A DNA stretch of 64,000 nucleotides from Azolla caroliniana (lineage: Eukaryota; Plantae; Polypodiophyta), in the NCBI GenBank assembly GCA_043228905.1, contig JBHGNT010000010.1, positions 9,424,001 to 9,488,000 on the forward strand, in the 5' to 3' direction. The notes beneath the pieces were generated by a model that worked only from the letters and a program-made list of their open reading frames with translations, searched no databases and had not been told where the DNA came from. The translations under genes and the position numbers were made by a program. Below, piece after piece: positions 35,742-49,280 of this stretch (its first letter is position 1; every line of letters begins with the position of its first letter).

Positions 35742-38700
35742 TGTTACGGGCATGACCATATAATATCCCGTGGTGAGAATTTACCGTACTATTCTATACA
35801 CATGGATAAAGTGTGAGGGTTAAACGAGAAAGTAAAGAAGGGGAGGATTACTTTTAATCCTCGGGATTGAGACAACCATTAGGCCAAGTGTGAACTTGCC
35901 TGGGGGCCTTTGGTCTGGCTATAAATATGAGGCCTAGCTTCCCTCATTTGACACATTATCGACTACGTCGAGACTTTGACATTGTGGTGGGTCAACTCTT
36001 GTAGCGAGCGCACCAACACCAGGTACGACTCGACGCTAGGACGGTGGTATGGGACGTCGATCGAGGCTCGAATCTGTCTCAATCTCTTCACTCGAGGGTG
36101 GTCGGGTGGATGGGCACCTTTCTTTCTCTCTCTCCTTTCTTATTTATCTATATTTTATCCTATAATATGCTTATTATAAGCTCTAACAATTGGTATCCGA
36201 GCCATGTTTCTAATGTTTCTTTTGTTGATTGTTTTTTTTCTTGTTGGATGACGATCGATCGATGTACGATCGAGCTTGATCTAGATAGCTATCAACAAAG
36301 GAACTTCGGTAACTCTTTCTTATTTTTTTTTCTATTCTTTCTTCTCCCAATCTAATCATGTATAGTTAATATGTGTTTTCATTCATTGATTCAATGATGT
36401 TGTAGTGGTAATTAATTGGTTGTATAAAACATTTACATATGTGTATGAGGCCAATACCTCATTTGACATATATTTGATATGTGATTCGTGTCATATGAGT
36501 ACGAGGTTAATATCTCACTTGCGCATTACGTTCACGACATATGTTACGTATGCGTATGAGGTCAATACCTCAATTTCTATGTAAAGGATATGCAATTAGT
36601 GTCATATGCGTAAGAGGTCAATACCTGAATTGTGTATTACATTCACCCTTATTTTTGGATGTTTCGTGTGCGTGGAGGCTATATGCCTCGATTACGTATC
36701 TTGATTTACATCATTCGTGGGCTATGTGATGTTACAATTTTTTTAAATATATCCATATGTAATCATTGTTGGGAGACAGGTCCCTCCGGATGGGAAGAGA
36801 GAAGAACAGTGCCGATGAACAAACTCGGCCGAGGCCGAAACCGGATGAGGAGTACCCAGCTACGGAGAACCGGATAGGTGCAGACCCGGTGAGAACCGGA
36901 TGAAGAGACATATTCGTAAATATGTTTCTGAGAGTCCATCGAGGCTATATTGGTAAATAGCCGAAAAGTAATATTAGTATAAATATGACTTAGGGCAAAT
37001 TTTTTTAGTTACTGTTGTTGTTGTCATTTTTTCTTGTTGGTGCAAGAAGAAGCAGAGAGAGCACGTAACAATGTACAGAGAGAGAGAGGGAGAAAGAGGT
37101 CGCTGCCTCTGTTGTAACCGCCGCCTGTGGCGAAGATCGTGAGCACGAGGTCGTTGCCTCTGTGAACTCACTGTTTGTACATTCCAACATAGTGATAGTT
37201 TGCAGCCTGTGGGCTGCCGTGGTTTTTCCCTTAGTTTGGGTTTTCCACGTAAACATCCTGCGTACTCTTCTCTTCCATTGTGTCGTTCTTTATTTCCCGT
37301 TTTCTGTGTATGATCCTAAGCTCGGTTGTGGCCGAGCGTTGTGCATAAGGAGCGTTGAGTCCCCGACAATCATGTCTATACGTATTTAATCGTATACATG
37401 TGATAAACATAAATATACATTAGTTTTTATTACATGATTGTGTATGTCGAACGTTGTCCTTTTTGGGGAAAGGATCTTGGTGGCCGTCCCCACATTTTTG
37501 TGAGAATGGCGTATTCACCATCCTTTTTTCAACAATTTTTTTGTTGTTTTCATCCCCGTTGGTCACTTCGATCTTACTATGTGTTATAACGAAACGATCA
37601 TAGCCACCATGATGTTGAGAGTGTAGGGCTTGACCCACTTTAAGTGAGGTCGCCCCTATGACACACATCCAACATCCCTCCCTCGTTACATGGTTACGAT
37701 GCCATCATGATATTATCATTACGAAAGGCATTCATAATTATGTAACCATGTGATGGGCCACGTGGGCCTACTACGAAAAGAGGGCTCGTGTGGTTTGACC
37801 ATTAGGTTGCACTTTGGGGTATTTCGTCGTAATGATGAACCTTGAGGTTGGGTAACGTACCAACATAGTTTTGTAGTAAACGAGGGGGAAATAAGGACTC
37901 TTGACATATATGTTTTCATTTAAAAAAACATATATGGGCAAATGCCCCAAATAACTCTTATACAAATAATATGCAAAAGATGCAAACCATTTGGTTAGCT
38001 TAAGTGTTTAATGTAATTGTTCTTGAGGTCTCGAGTTCAAATATGACCAAGACCATATAACATTGTTGATACATATGAAACACATGTTTAGACTTTAGGT
38101 CTAAGTGCACTTCGGGGTCCTCGTAATAGGACTTAAAGAGCTGAAACCACATACGTGGGCACAAAAACATAGTTTATTGTTAACATTTTTTTCATGTATA
38201 AACTATTCATGACGCGAACATACGTGGTTGAGCCTCGGGGAGGCGCCATCAAAAAATTGATATAGAGATCAGGGAAAGACATTCATTTGTCACCCCCATG
38301 GTTTTAAAACACCTTTGTGTTACCATAGTAACCTGATCTTGAACCTCATCTCATACGTCTCGAGGGGTATTGACGTCAGATCATGATATTGATTAATGTT
38401 GGCCCATGATATGTTTACATCATGAATGATGTTATGACTATTTGTTTGACCTTATCCTATTTCTTTGCCAGAAATTATCATTCAATGGCTCATAATAACG
38501 ACCCAATGTCATCCGCTCAAGCGGAATGAATTCAAGGAAATCCTCGTGGGCCAATCCCTATTGAGTCGTATTTGATACAACTGCGCATCAGATGTCCGAA
38601 CTTGGGCAATCTCATAGTGCTCTCGAAGCATGTGTCATTTGTTTACAACGTGATACTAATAGACCTGATGAATATAAGGGTGAACCATCATTTGTTGTAA

Positions 38701-41700
38701 AGCCATGTACGGGAGAAAAAAAGGAAAGAACTGAAGAAGCAATCTCTATCCCAAGCCAGATAGTACGAGGATTGCATATGTTAGCCAAGAACTAGGGGGT
38801 AAGGCCGCCGCTTGGTGGCATGGGCTCCACATTTTGGGGAAATTGCCCGATACCTAGACAGAATTTGTCACAGTTTTCAAGGGCCAATTTTTGCAACCTC
38901 CATCTCGAACCGAGGTATCACAAGCTTTAATGAACCTCTCTAGCAAGAAGTTTTCCTCGCTAGAAGACTATGTTCACCATGCTAGAACCCAAATCCAAAA
39001 ATCGGGTCTAGAAGGGGACAATTGGTTGATAGCTTGTTTTGTCAATGGCATCCCCAATATAGACTATCACTGGATAGTGCACGATAAGGATCCCAAATCC
39101 TTCGAAGAGGCCATTGAAATAGTTCTTCAATATCAACGCACTTCAAAGAAGGAACATAACAAACCCAACGAAGCGCCCGGGACTAAGCAATCGCAATTCA
39201 TTGGGAAACGCAAGACACCCAACGAATTTATGGATCACGATTATAAGCGACAAAATCCTTTTTGCGTATTCTGCAAAAAGAAGGGTCATGCAAAAGGGCA
39301 ATGTCAAAAGCTCCAACGGAAAGAGCACAACAACATAACAAAAGCTGCAGACCATAAAGGGCAGATTGCTGATGTCCTTGAGGTCTATACACATCATTTA
39401 AGTAATTGTAAATGTTCTTTCCCTCACTATGTATTGGGACAAAATGTTTTGCTATGTGCAAACGGGTATATCAATGGATTTCCTGTACAATTTTTATTTG
39501 ATTCAGATAGCTCACACAATTTTTTGAATGATCGTTTGGTTCAGATATGGGGAATGCAACCCACCGTCAGTAGGGTGCACTTGGCTGACGGAAGAGTATA
39601 GTACATCAATGGGGTGATTCATTCATTAGGAATGTCTATTGATACTTATATAGAGGAAGTAGACCTCCATTAAATGAATCTTTGTACCACTGATGTAATA
39701 TTGGGTTATCCCAGGTTTTATAATAAAAACTCATCTTTGCCTATTGATTGTGTTCACCATTCCATTTCCTTTGTATTGAACGATTGTACTCATTTTATTC
39801 AATGTGTAAATAAACAATCTCTTTCAATCGTTTCCTCTCCATCAATATCCGAGTTGTCTTGTTCTTCTTTATGTTATTGCGTACTTGATCTGAACATTCA
39901 CGTTTATAATCGATAATGTCTTTGGTCAATTATCATATTTTGAACAACAACAACTCGATGAAATCTTAAATGATTTTCGTGATGTTTTTCCGAGTGAACT
40001 ACCACATGGGTTACCTCCTAAACGTAATATAGACCATCATATAGATATTGTACCTAGGGTTATAGGTCAATAAGTATACCTCCTTAGCGCTTAAGTCGAT
40101 CCGAAGAGGATGAGGTATCTCAGCAACTCCAGGACCATTTATGAATGGGTTATATAAGTTATAATAAATCTCCATGGGGTGCATCTGTTCTGTTGGTAAA
40201 AAAGAGGGCACATGGCGTATGTGTATTAATTACCGACACTTGAATAAAGTGACGATCAAGAATTCATATCCATTGCCTCAGGCTGACGATCTAATTGACC
40301 GTCTCTAGGGAGCTCAGTATTTTACGAAACTTGATCTCCGTACGGGCTACCATCAAATTCATATAAGTGAGAAAGATATTCCTAAAACAACATTTCGTAC
40401 ACGCTATGGCCATTATGAGTTTTTGGTCATGCCTTTCGGTTTGACCAAATGCTATAGCCACATTTCAACAAGAAGTGAATGACATTTTCCGAGAATAACT
40501 TGGAAAATTTGTCGTTATTTTCTTGGATGATATTCTAGTTTATATGCTAAACATGTCCGGTTTGTTTTATAAACATTGCGTGACAAGCAATTCTACGCGA
40601 AGATCTCAAAATGTGAGTTCTTCAAGAAATTAATTACTTATCTTGGACATCTCATAACCGAACGAGGAGTTGAAATTGATCCTTCTCGCATCGAGAAAGT
40701 CAAACTTTGGCCCACTCTTTAGAATATTCGAGAAGTTCGATCATTCCTTGGTTTTGTTGAGTTTTTGCGATAATCTCTTCGTAATTACTCCCAATTGACG
40801 ACACCGTTTACTGATGTTCTCAAAGGTCAAACGCGTAAGTCTACAAAACCTATTGTGTGGAATGCTATAGTAGACCTCGCCTTTAAGGAACTCAAGGACC
40901 TGGTGTGCAAGGCTCCTTCGCTTCTTTTACTAGATCCTTCAAAACCTCTTCAGCTTGAAACTGATGCTATAAGTTCCGTCCTATATCAAGGTAAACCAAT
41001 AACATTTGAGAGTAAGAAACTTGATTTTGCTCAGTGTCGGTATACCGTGCAAGAAAAGGAATTATTGGTAGTTATTCATGCGCTCAAGACATGGCGCCAT
41101 TATCTTTATGGAAATCGTTTTGTGGTAACTAAGGACCACGAGTGCTTGAAATACTTTTGTGAACAAAAAGACCTTAAAGGTCGTAAGGCACGATGGGTAG
41201 ATCTCATCCAAGAGTTTGATTTTTCCATACGATATCGTAAAGGTTCCATGACCACTGTTGCTGATGCACTAAGTCACATCCGTGAAGTTAACATGCTTAG
41301 CTTCACTAAAGTAACATTAGATCTTTATGATCACCTTCGAGGAAAGTATCCTAATGACAGTTATTTTGCGAAATATTGGGCAAGAGTTGTGTCTGGAATA
41401 GACACCACCACATCCTCGAAGGAATCCTTCCACATTGCTAACGGTCAACTCTACCGTAATGGGAAGGTTTGTATTCCAAATTTTCAGTAGGTCAAAAAGA
41501 GAATTCTTTTTGAATGCCATGATGCACCCTGTAATACATTGTACACTCGTTCTCATCTCTACCCAATTCTATTGGCCTAAGATATGTCCTGACATACATA
41601 ACTATGTGTCTAAATGTCACCAGGGTCAGGTTAACAAAGCCGAGAGATTTAAAGCCGCAAGACTTTTACATCCCTTGGACATTCCCAATAATAAGTGGGA

Positions 41701-42876
41701 AAGTATATCAATGGATTTTATTGTTAGCCTTCCTCGCACCCAAAAAGGCCATGATGCCATATGGGTTGTGGTTGATTGACTAACTAAAATGGTCAGATTT
41801 ATTGCTACTAAAACCACGGTAACAGCTCCTGAATTGGCTTACCAATTCGTTGATGAGTTATTTTGTTTTCATGGGTTACTGATGAATATCGTGAGTGATC
41901 GAGATCCAAAGTTTACTAGTGACTTTTGGATGCAAGTCTGATGGACAGACTGAATGAGTAAATCAAATTATTGAGGACATGATCCGTGCATATGTTGGTA
42001 TAAAACCAACAAAATGGGAACTTTATCTCCCAAATTTGGAGTTTGCTTATAGTAGCTCCAAGCATACATCGGCGAGATATAGTCCTTTTATGTTGATGTA
42101 TATTGTTTTCAGCCACGAGCCCCAATGGATGTTAATATACATCATAATGAGTTGCGAAGTACGCAAAACTTTCTTCGGGATATGCAAGATATGTTGAATA
42201 TTTCACGAGATAATATAAAAACAACTCAAGATAGAGCACATTTTTATGCCGATTCTAATAGGCAATCTCGTGTATTCAACCATGGATAGAAAGTAATTTT
42301 ACGTGTACCTCACAATTCTAAGACATTGTCTAGGGGTAAGTGCGCTAAGTTAGCCCCACGGTTTTGTGGACCTTTTACAGTCCTCAAACGCATTAGTTCA
42401 TCAGCCTATCGTCTTGGAGTATATTACGGTCATGACCATATTATATCCTGTGGTGAGAATTTACCGTAGTATTCTGTACACATGGATAAAGTGAGAGGGT
42501 TAAATGAGAGTGTAAAGAAGGGGAGGATTACTTTTAATCCTTGGGATTGAGACAACCATTAGGCCAAGTGTGAACTTGCTTGCAGGCCTTGGGTTTGGCT
42601 ATAAATATGAGGCCTAGCTACCCTCATTTGACACATTATCGACTACGTCAAGAATCTGACATTGTGGTGGGTCAACTCTTGTAGCGAGCATGCCAACACC
42701 AGGTACGACTCGACGCCAGAACAATGGTATGGGACGTCGATCGAGGCTTGAATCCATCTCAATCTCTTCACTCGAGGGTGGGCAGGTGGATGTGCACCTT
42801 TCTTTCTCTCTCTCCTTTCTTATTTATCTATCTTTTATCCTTATCATATGCTTACATTAGTAGCTAAGCTCTAACA
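35742..42876 (+). mobile_element. Degenerate Ty3/Gypsy (chromovirus-like) with a long 5' leader
   Basis: LTRs 35742-36188 and 42422-42876; TSD CGACG/CGATG; Met PBS tggtatccgagcc 36191; gag knuckle CVFCKKKGHAKGQC; protease FLFDSDSSHNF; RT FLDDIL; RNaseH ETDA...EKELL; integrase WESISMDF. The 3' end and PPT are largely deleted. Confidence 0.93.
36767..37368 (+). mobile_element. Solo LTR of Copia family B
   Basis: tgttggga...cccgaca with perfect TSD ATCAT on both sides; similar to LTRs 27328-27954 and 22129-22719. Confidence 0.92.
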
Positions 42877-42881
42877 CGATG

Positions 42882-43807
42882 TCATTTGTGTTGAGGATAA
42901 ACATCCTCCCTTTTCGGTGCCCTTGCATGATGATCTGGCGTTCTTCTTCGATGAAGCATCCAAGGTGGGTGAACCGAACCTGCATCCCTTGGTCGATGAT
43001 ATGTCCGACCGACACCAAATTCTTGGTGATTTTCGGGATGTGCAGGACATTCATCAGTCTCCCCTTCTGTTTGACATAACTCAGGGGGACATCACCGACA
43101 TGCTCAACGGGGTGGGGGTGTCATCGCCGGTTTCGACGATCTTGGTTGTTTTGGTTTCTCAAGATATGAGAAGTACTCTTCGTGGCTCGTCATGTGATTT
43201 GAAACTGCAGAATCAACATATCACACCTCGTTCGGTTTCGAGGTGCTCATCTTCATCAAGTTGGGCTTGTGCTGCATCACAAAGGTTGGGCCCTTTCCGG
43301 TTTTTTCTAAGCCTTATGTGTAGTGCCACCGCTACCGATTTCCTTGTTTAGCTCTACCCGATCCAGATTTGTCCGAATCGGCCTTCTTTTTGCAGCACTC
43401 ATTTTCTCTATGGCCTTTTCGACCACAATACCAACATTCAATCTCAGCCTTCCCTTGCCGGTTTCAGGTGCTGCCTTGACTCCCCTTGCTTGTGGAGGGT
43501 CTGGAACTACTGTCGACATGTTGATTATGCCTCTGATTCTACTCTTGTCGGCCGCCGCCATTGCATGCCGATCCACCTCGTCCTCCATGACCAAGGGGCT
43601 GATTTGCCTCTGAGTACAGAATCCGGCTATCCGATTGTGTGCTCCTTGACACACCCGCGTGGTTCTCTTCCAACATAAGCATTGATTGCACGTCAAAAAA
43701 CGATGGTGGCTTCTCCCTTATACAAATTTCCGTCTGTATCGGCCCATACCTCTTAACTAGACCACCGAGACACATATGTACCATTTTGTCCTTGTCCACC
43801 ATGACGT
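42882..43807 (-). mobile_element. Copia family A gag C-terminus / protease segment
   Basis: NVLHIPKITKNLVSVG, REKPPSFFDVQSMLMLEENH. Confidence 0.85.
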
Positions 43808-46499
43808 TGTCGTAGTGTATTTCGCAAACTACGTGAAACTTGCATTTTTGTTCCTCCGGATGAAGGAGGACCCAGTAAGGAGAACCGGTGAGAACCGGAT
43901 GAAGGAGGAACTGGCAAGGAGGACCCGGTAAGGAGAACCAGATGAAGGAGGAACCGACAAGGAGGACCCGGTAAGAACTGGATAAAGAAGGCCAGTGAGA
44001 GTCTCTCACCGGATGAAGAGACAAATGTATAAATAAAAGAATTGATTGTTACATGCATAAGGCAAGATTCAAACCTTCTACCTCCACTTAGATAGACCCC
44101 AACCTTACCATTGTACTAACTTATCCTAAGTGTTCTAAATATAGATTTAATACGTATAAGACCTTTATTTACGCCTACCTTTATCAAAAAGTAAGTCATG
44201 CATTTTTAGAATGCGTGAATACTTTATTTTAAGAAAAATGTACACCACTAAAAAATTACTCGTGCACATCTAGCGAGCATGAGTACTATATTTAGGAAAT
44301 AAAAGCATAGTGTAAAAAGCAACTCACGCACATTTAGTGTGCATGAACACTTTAGAAAAAGCATGAAGCTATGCTTAGCCTCTTCCATCCTTATATAAGG
44401 AGGAGATAAAGATGTATGATGTTATTGATTATTTTACAAGGATTGATCAATCCAATATATTCGTGGGATTCATAAGTTTTTATTTCTTACTTCAAATGGA
44501 TGGTCGACATTGTAGCCATGCCAACCAGGATCAGACAAAATAAGTACTTGGTGTTAGCTCGGGAAGATCTCACAAATCAAGTAGAAGGTCGGGAGCTACG
44601 AAGGAATACGTGTTCTGCGGTATGCCAATTTATTTTGGAGGAGGTGTTTTGCAGGTATGGGTGCGTAGGACAAGTGATTACGGATCGGGGAGAACTCTTC
44701 TCTGATAAAGCTAGGGAATTCTTCATCAAACATGGAGTTCGGTTAACACTAACAACGACATACAATCCGGAGGCCAACGGGAAAATTGAATGAGGACATA
44801 GTCTGATTGTCAAAGCACTTGCCAAAGCATGCAACGGAAGGGTGAAGGATTGGCCGCAGATCCTCCCATATGCACTATGGGCGGATCGGACGACGCATAG
44901 CTCCGTAACCGGTTACATGCCGACGGAAATTATGACCGGACAAGCACCGGTAATGCCGATGGAAACCGCGATCGCAACATGGACAATGCTACCGTGGAAG
45001 GAAGAGATGAGCCGGGAAGAACTACTAGCGTTCTGGATACGACAACTAGAGGGAAGACCGGAAAACATAGCGGAAGCAACACGTCGACAACAAGAAGCGC
45101 GATTCCGGAACAAAAGCCGGTTTGACACAAAGCACCGACTACGACCACAGAAGATTGAAGAAGGAGATTGGGTGATTGTCTATGACAGTAGTTTGGATCA
45201 TTAGCATACAATGATACGGAAGTTCACGAAAAGGTGGTTCGGGCCATACGAGGTTCGGAAAGTATTCGACAACGGAACTTACCGACTATGCGAGTTGGAT
45301 GGGACGATACTACGAGTGCCTATAGCGGGGAAATGGGTAAAGATCTTCAAGAAGCGGACTAACGACGAACCCTATGTAACCCTAGAGAAGACCGACAACG
45401 AGGAGCACCCGGACAAAGATCGTGGTGATGCGGAAAGTGAAGAAAGTGGACTTCAACTCGTAGTCGACATAAGGGGAGAATCAAAGAGTGCTACGGATGA
45501 AGGCGAATAATGAGCATCGGGAACTTCGGCACATACCGGAGGATGTGCGGGTTTGGAGGGGGCGAGTGTCGTAGTGTAATTCGCACACTATGTGAAAATC
45601 GCATTTTTGTTCCTCCGGATGGGACAAAGTGGACCCGGTAAGGAGATCGGTGAGAACCGGATGAAGGAGGAACCGGTAAGGAGGACCCGGTAAGGAGAAC
45701 CGGTGAGAACCAAATGAAGGAGGAACTGGTAAGGAGGACCCAATAAGGAGAACCTGTGAGAACCGGATGAAGGAGGAACCGGCAAGGAGGACCCGATAAG
45801 GAGAACCGGTGAGAACCGGATGAAGGAGGAACCGGCAAGGAGACCCGGTAAGAACCGGATCAAGCAGAACCGGATAAAGAAGGCCGGTGAGAGTCTCTCA
45901 CCGGATGAAGAGACAAATGTATAAATAGAAGAAAAGATTGGTACATGCATAGGGCAGGATTCGAACCCTATACCTCCACTTAGACCGACCCCAACCTTAC
46001 CATTGTACTAATTTTATCCTAAATGTTCTAAATATAGATTTAATACGTATAAGACCTTTATTTACGCCTACCTTTATCAAAAAGTAAGTCATGCATTTTT
46101 AGAATGCGTGAATACTTTATTTATAAGAAAAATGTACACCAATAAAAAATTACTCATGCACATCTAGCGAGCATGAGTACTATATTTAGGAAATAAAAGC
46201 ATAGTGTAAAAAGCAACTTACGCACATTTAGTGTGCATGAACACTTTAGAAAAAGCATGAAGCTATGCTTAGCGTCTTCCATCCTTATATAAGGAGGAGA
46301 GAAAGATGTATGATGTTGTTGATTATTTTACAAGGATTGATCAATCTAATATATTCGTGGGATTCATAAGTTTTTATTTCTTACTTCTCTTCCTACCTAT
46401 TCATAACTAGCCTTATATTGTATTCTTCTTTCTCCTAGTCCAAAACCTCAGTGGTTCCAACCTGACTCATGCAACGATTTGGAGCTGAAAGGCACAACA
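43808..46499 (+). mobile_element. Deleted non-chromovirus Gypsy with long (about 933 bp) repeat-rich LTRs; only the integrase remains
   Basis: Truncated 5' LTR 43808-44493 fused to integrase (FKWMVDIVAMP...AREDLTNQVEGR...ITDRGEL...YNPEANGKIE...WFGPY); PPT ggagggggcgag 45555-45566; 3' LTR 45567-46499; flanks ACGT/ACGC. Confidence 0.9.
45610..45915 (+). repeat. Tandem ACCGG/AGGAG-rich minisatellite in the LTR U3 (shorter version at about 43850-44025)
   Basis: Repeated accggatgaaggaggaaccggcaaggaggacccggtaaggagaaccggtgaga-like units. Confidence 0.9.
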
Positions 46500-47070
46500 A
46501 CGCTGATGGACCCCAACGTGTCACAGGTATCCTTGATTTTGGCGGTGTAGTCAATCATCGTCATATCCCTTTGGAAGATATTGTTGAGCTCTTGACCGAG
46601 CTACAACTTCTGGCCTGTGGTACTCGCGACGAAAATCTTTTTGAAAATTTCCCAAGCCTCCTTTGGCATCTTTGCACCTCGAATGTAGCGCAACATCTGA
46701 TCGTGCACACAGGATGCAAGGTAGTACAAGACTCTACTTGCCGCTTGCTCCCACGTTGGAAAATCCTTGTATGTCGGCTTTAGTGCTACTTCATTTTCTC
46801 CATGGATGTAACTCCAATAGCCATGCCCGAGCAGGTATTGGTGCATCTTGTACTCCCAAGATGTGTAGTTGCTTCTGCCCAACTTCTCTTTCGGAAGAGC
46901 ACCACTCATACCTCTTTCCATTTTCTTTGTGTCAGTACTTGTTCGGGGATTAGGGTTTGTATGTGTTGAACACTTGTAGGCAACAGAGGATTCTCAACCC
47001 TCGGGCTCTTATACCATGTAAAGATTAAGGTGCAGAAGTTAGACCAAACTCAACTAGCTCAACCGGACAT
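46500..47070 (-). mobile_element. Copia family A 5' end: gag start, Met PBS (47005-47016), 3' tip of the 5' LTR (47017-47070, interrupted)
   Basis: MERGMSGALPKEKLGRSNYTSWEYKMHQYLLGHGYW; gctcttatacca. Confidence 0.87.
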
Positions 47071-49280
47071 TGTTGAGCGGGCAAGCTCAATCGAATCTGT
47101 ATCGGCTGAATAATCCAGAGCCGGATCGATATTCGGAACGGAGAACCGGATCGGTGTCCGGAACCTAGAGCCGGACCGGAGAACCGGATTATACTCCGGA
47201 ATTGTGAGAACCGGTAGGGCGTTGGAGACTACGGTCCGAGCGTAGTACGTAGGCATATCCCTTGGAGTTAGTGTAAGTTGCTCGTGTGAGCATTGAAGTA
47301 CTTGTCACTACTTCTGTCAGTCCTTTTAAGAACTTGAATAGAAAGTGCTATGTAGGACATTTATATGTATAGAGTGTTATTATTTTGAATTGAGTTTACT
47401 GTTATGCTCTCTTTGTCTCTCTAGTGTATTCAAGCTTTCCATTAAACCTCTATTATGTGTTCTGTTGTTATCTGGACAAGCCGGTTTTGTCTTAGCTTCC
47501 ACACATTATCTTTTACATGGTATTAGAGCGCGAAGGTCGAGAATCCTTTGCTACCGACGAGTGACACTTACAAATAAACCCTAACACCCAATAAAGAGCA
47601 AGAAAGAGAGAATAGGCTGAGGAATGGCTATCTTGCTCCCGACGGAGAAGCTCCATAGATCCAACTATGCATCTTGGTCGTACAAGATGCACTAGTACCT
47701 GCTCGGGCATGGCTACTGGAGTTATGTCGACGGAGGTAACAATACGGCACATAGGGACTTTTCGGCTTGGGAACAATCGAAAAGCAGGGTAATATATTGC
47801 TTTGTGTCTAGTGTCGGTGATCAACTGCTCAACCATATCCGGGATGCCAAGATGCCAAAGGAAGCTTGGGGAAACTTGAAAAAGGTGTCCGTCAATAACA
47901 CCACGGCCTGAAAGCTGCAATTCCGACAGGAGTTGAGCAATGTCGGACAGAAGGACATGTTGGTGGCTGACTACACGGACCGGATCAAAGACATCTGCGA
48001 TTCACTTTCCTCCATCAACGTGACCGTCGAGGAGTATGAGCTGGTGCAGGTCTGTCTCAGGGGCCTGATGTCGATGTTCAGAGCATTCCGTATTGTGGTA
48101 TGTACAAGGGAGGATACGACCTCCTTTTTCGACTTACAATCGATGCTCCTTGTAGAGGAGAACCACCCGGGTGCGTCGACGAGCATGTACACCGACAACA
48201 AGATGTTGTACATGGAGCAAGAGAGGTCCTGTGGTTGTGGCAGATGAGCGGGATCGGCGCGCAATGCAAGCCGCCGAAATGAGCAGAATCGGAGGCACAA
48301 AGATGGTGCCAACAATAATTCTGGACCCTCTAGAAACAGGGGGAGTCAAGGCGGGAGAGCTAGAAACTGGCAAGGAAAGGCCAAAACGGAATGCTGGTAT
48401 TGTGCCCGGAAGGGCGACAAAGAAAGCGAGTGTTGGAAGAAGAGATATGATTCGGATAAAGCCGGATCAAGCCGGAAAGACGTGGACAGGCGTCATCGAT
48501 TGCACTTCGTTGGAGGCTCGGAGAGAACCGGATTGGGACCACTCCTAGTAATGAAGCATAAGGGCAACCAGATGGGAGTATCCGAGTCGAAGTCGAAAGA
48601 AGTTTGGTATGTGGACTGTGGCACTTCAAACAACATGAAGAACCACAAAGAGTGGTTCTCTTTTCTTGAGAAGCCGGAGAAGACGGGGGTAGTCGAAACT
48701 GGGGACGACACCCCACATCCCATCGTGTACATCGGAGATGTCCCTTTGAGGCATGTCGATCAGAAGGAAATCATGAGAAATTTCTTGTATGTACCGATAA
48801 TAACCAAGAACTTGGTGTCGGTCGGTCAGATCAAAGATCAAGGTATGCAGGTCCGGTTCAGTCACCATGGATGCTTCATCAAGGAGGAAGGCCATATCAT
48901 CGCGCAAGGGGGCTGGCATGGAAGAATGTTCATCCTCGAAACTAATGATGTTGGCACCGCTATGTTCACAAAAGGGTAAAAGGTCGAGTCGGACATCGAC
49001 CTGTGGCATAAGCGGATTGGCCACATCAACTTCCAGAAGCTTCAGGAGATGCAGCCGGAACACGTGGTTTCCGGACTGCTGAAGTTCAATGGTCGGAAGG
49101 TCAAGTATGTCAAGCCAGCTAGCTTGGGAAACAACATAGGCTTCCGTTCCCCAATGAAAAGAATCAGACACGGAATCAGCTCGATCTCATCCATTCGGAT
49201 GTGTGGGGACCGACACAAAACGTGAGCATGGGCCGGAGTCGGTATTTTGTCTCCTTCATCGATGACTTCAATTGACACAC
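47071..49280 (+). mobile_element. Copia family A, 5' half, inserted in the LTR of the previous copy
   Basis: 5' LTR 47071-47517; PBS tggtattagagc 47518; gag, protease WYVDCGTSN, integrase start up to FIDDF, then interrupted. Confidence 0.9.

Noticed and set aside
36436-36693. CRISPR-like repeat-spacer appearance
   Set aside because: Eukaryotic retrotransposon leader, degenerate repeats, spacers related to each other (higher-order tandem repeat) and no cas genes.
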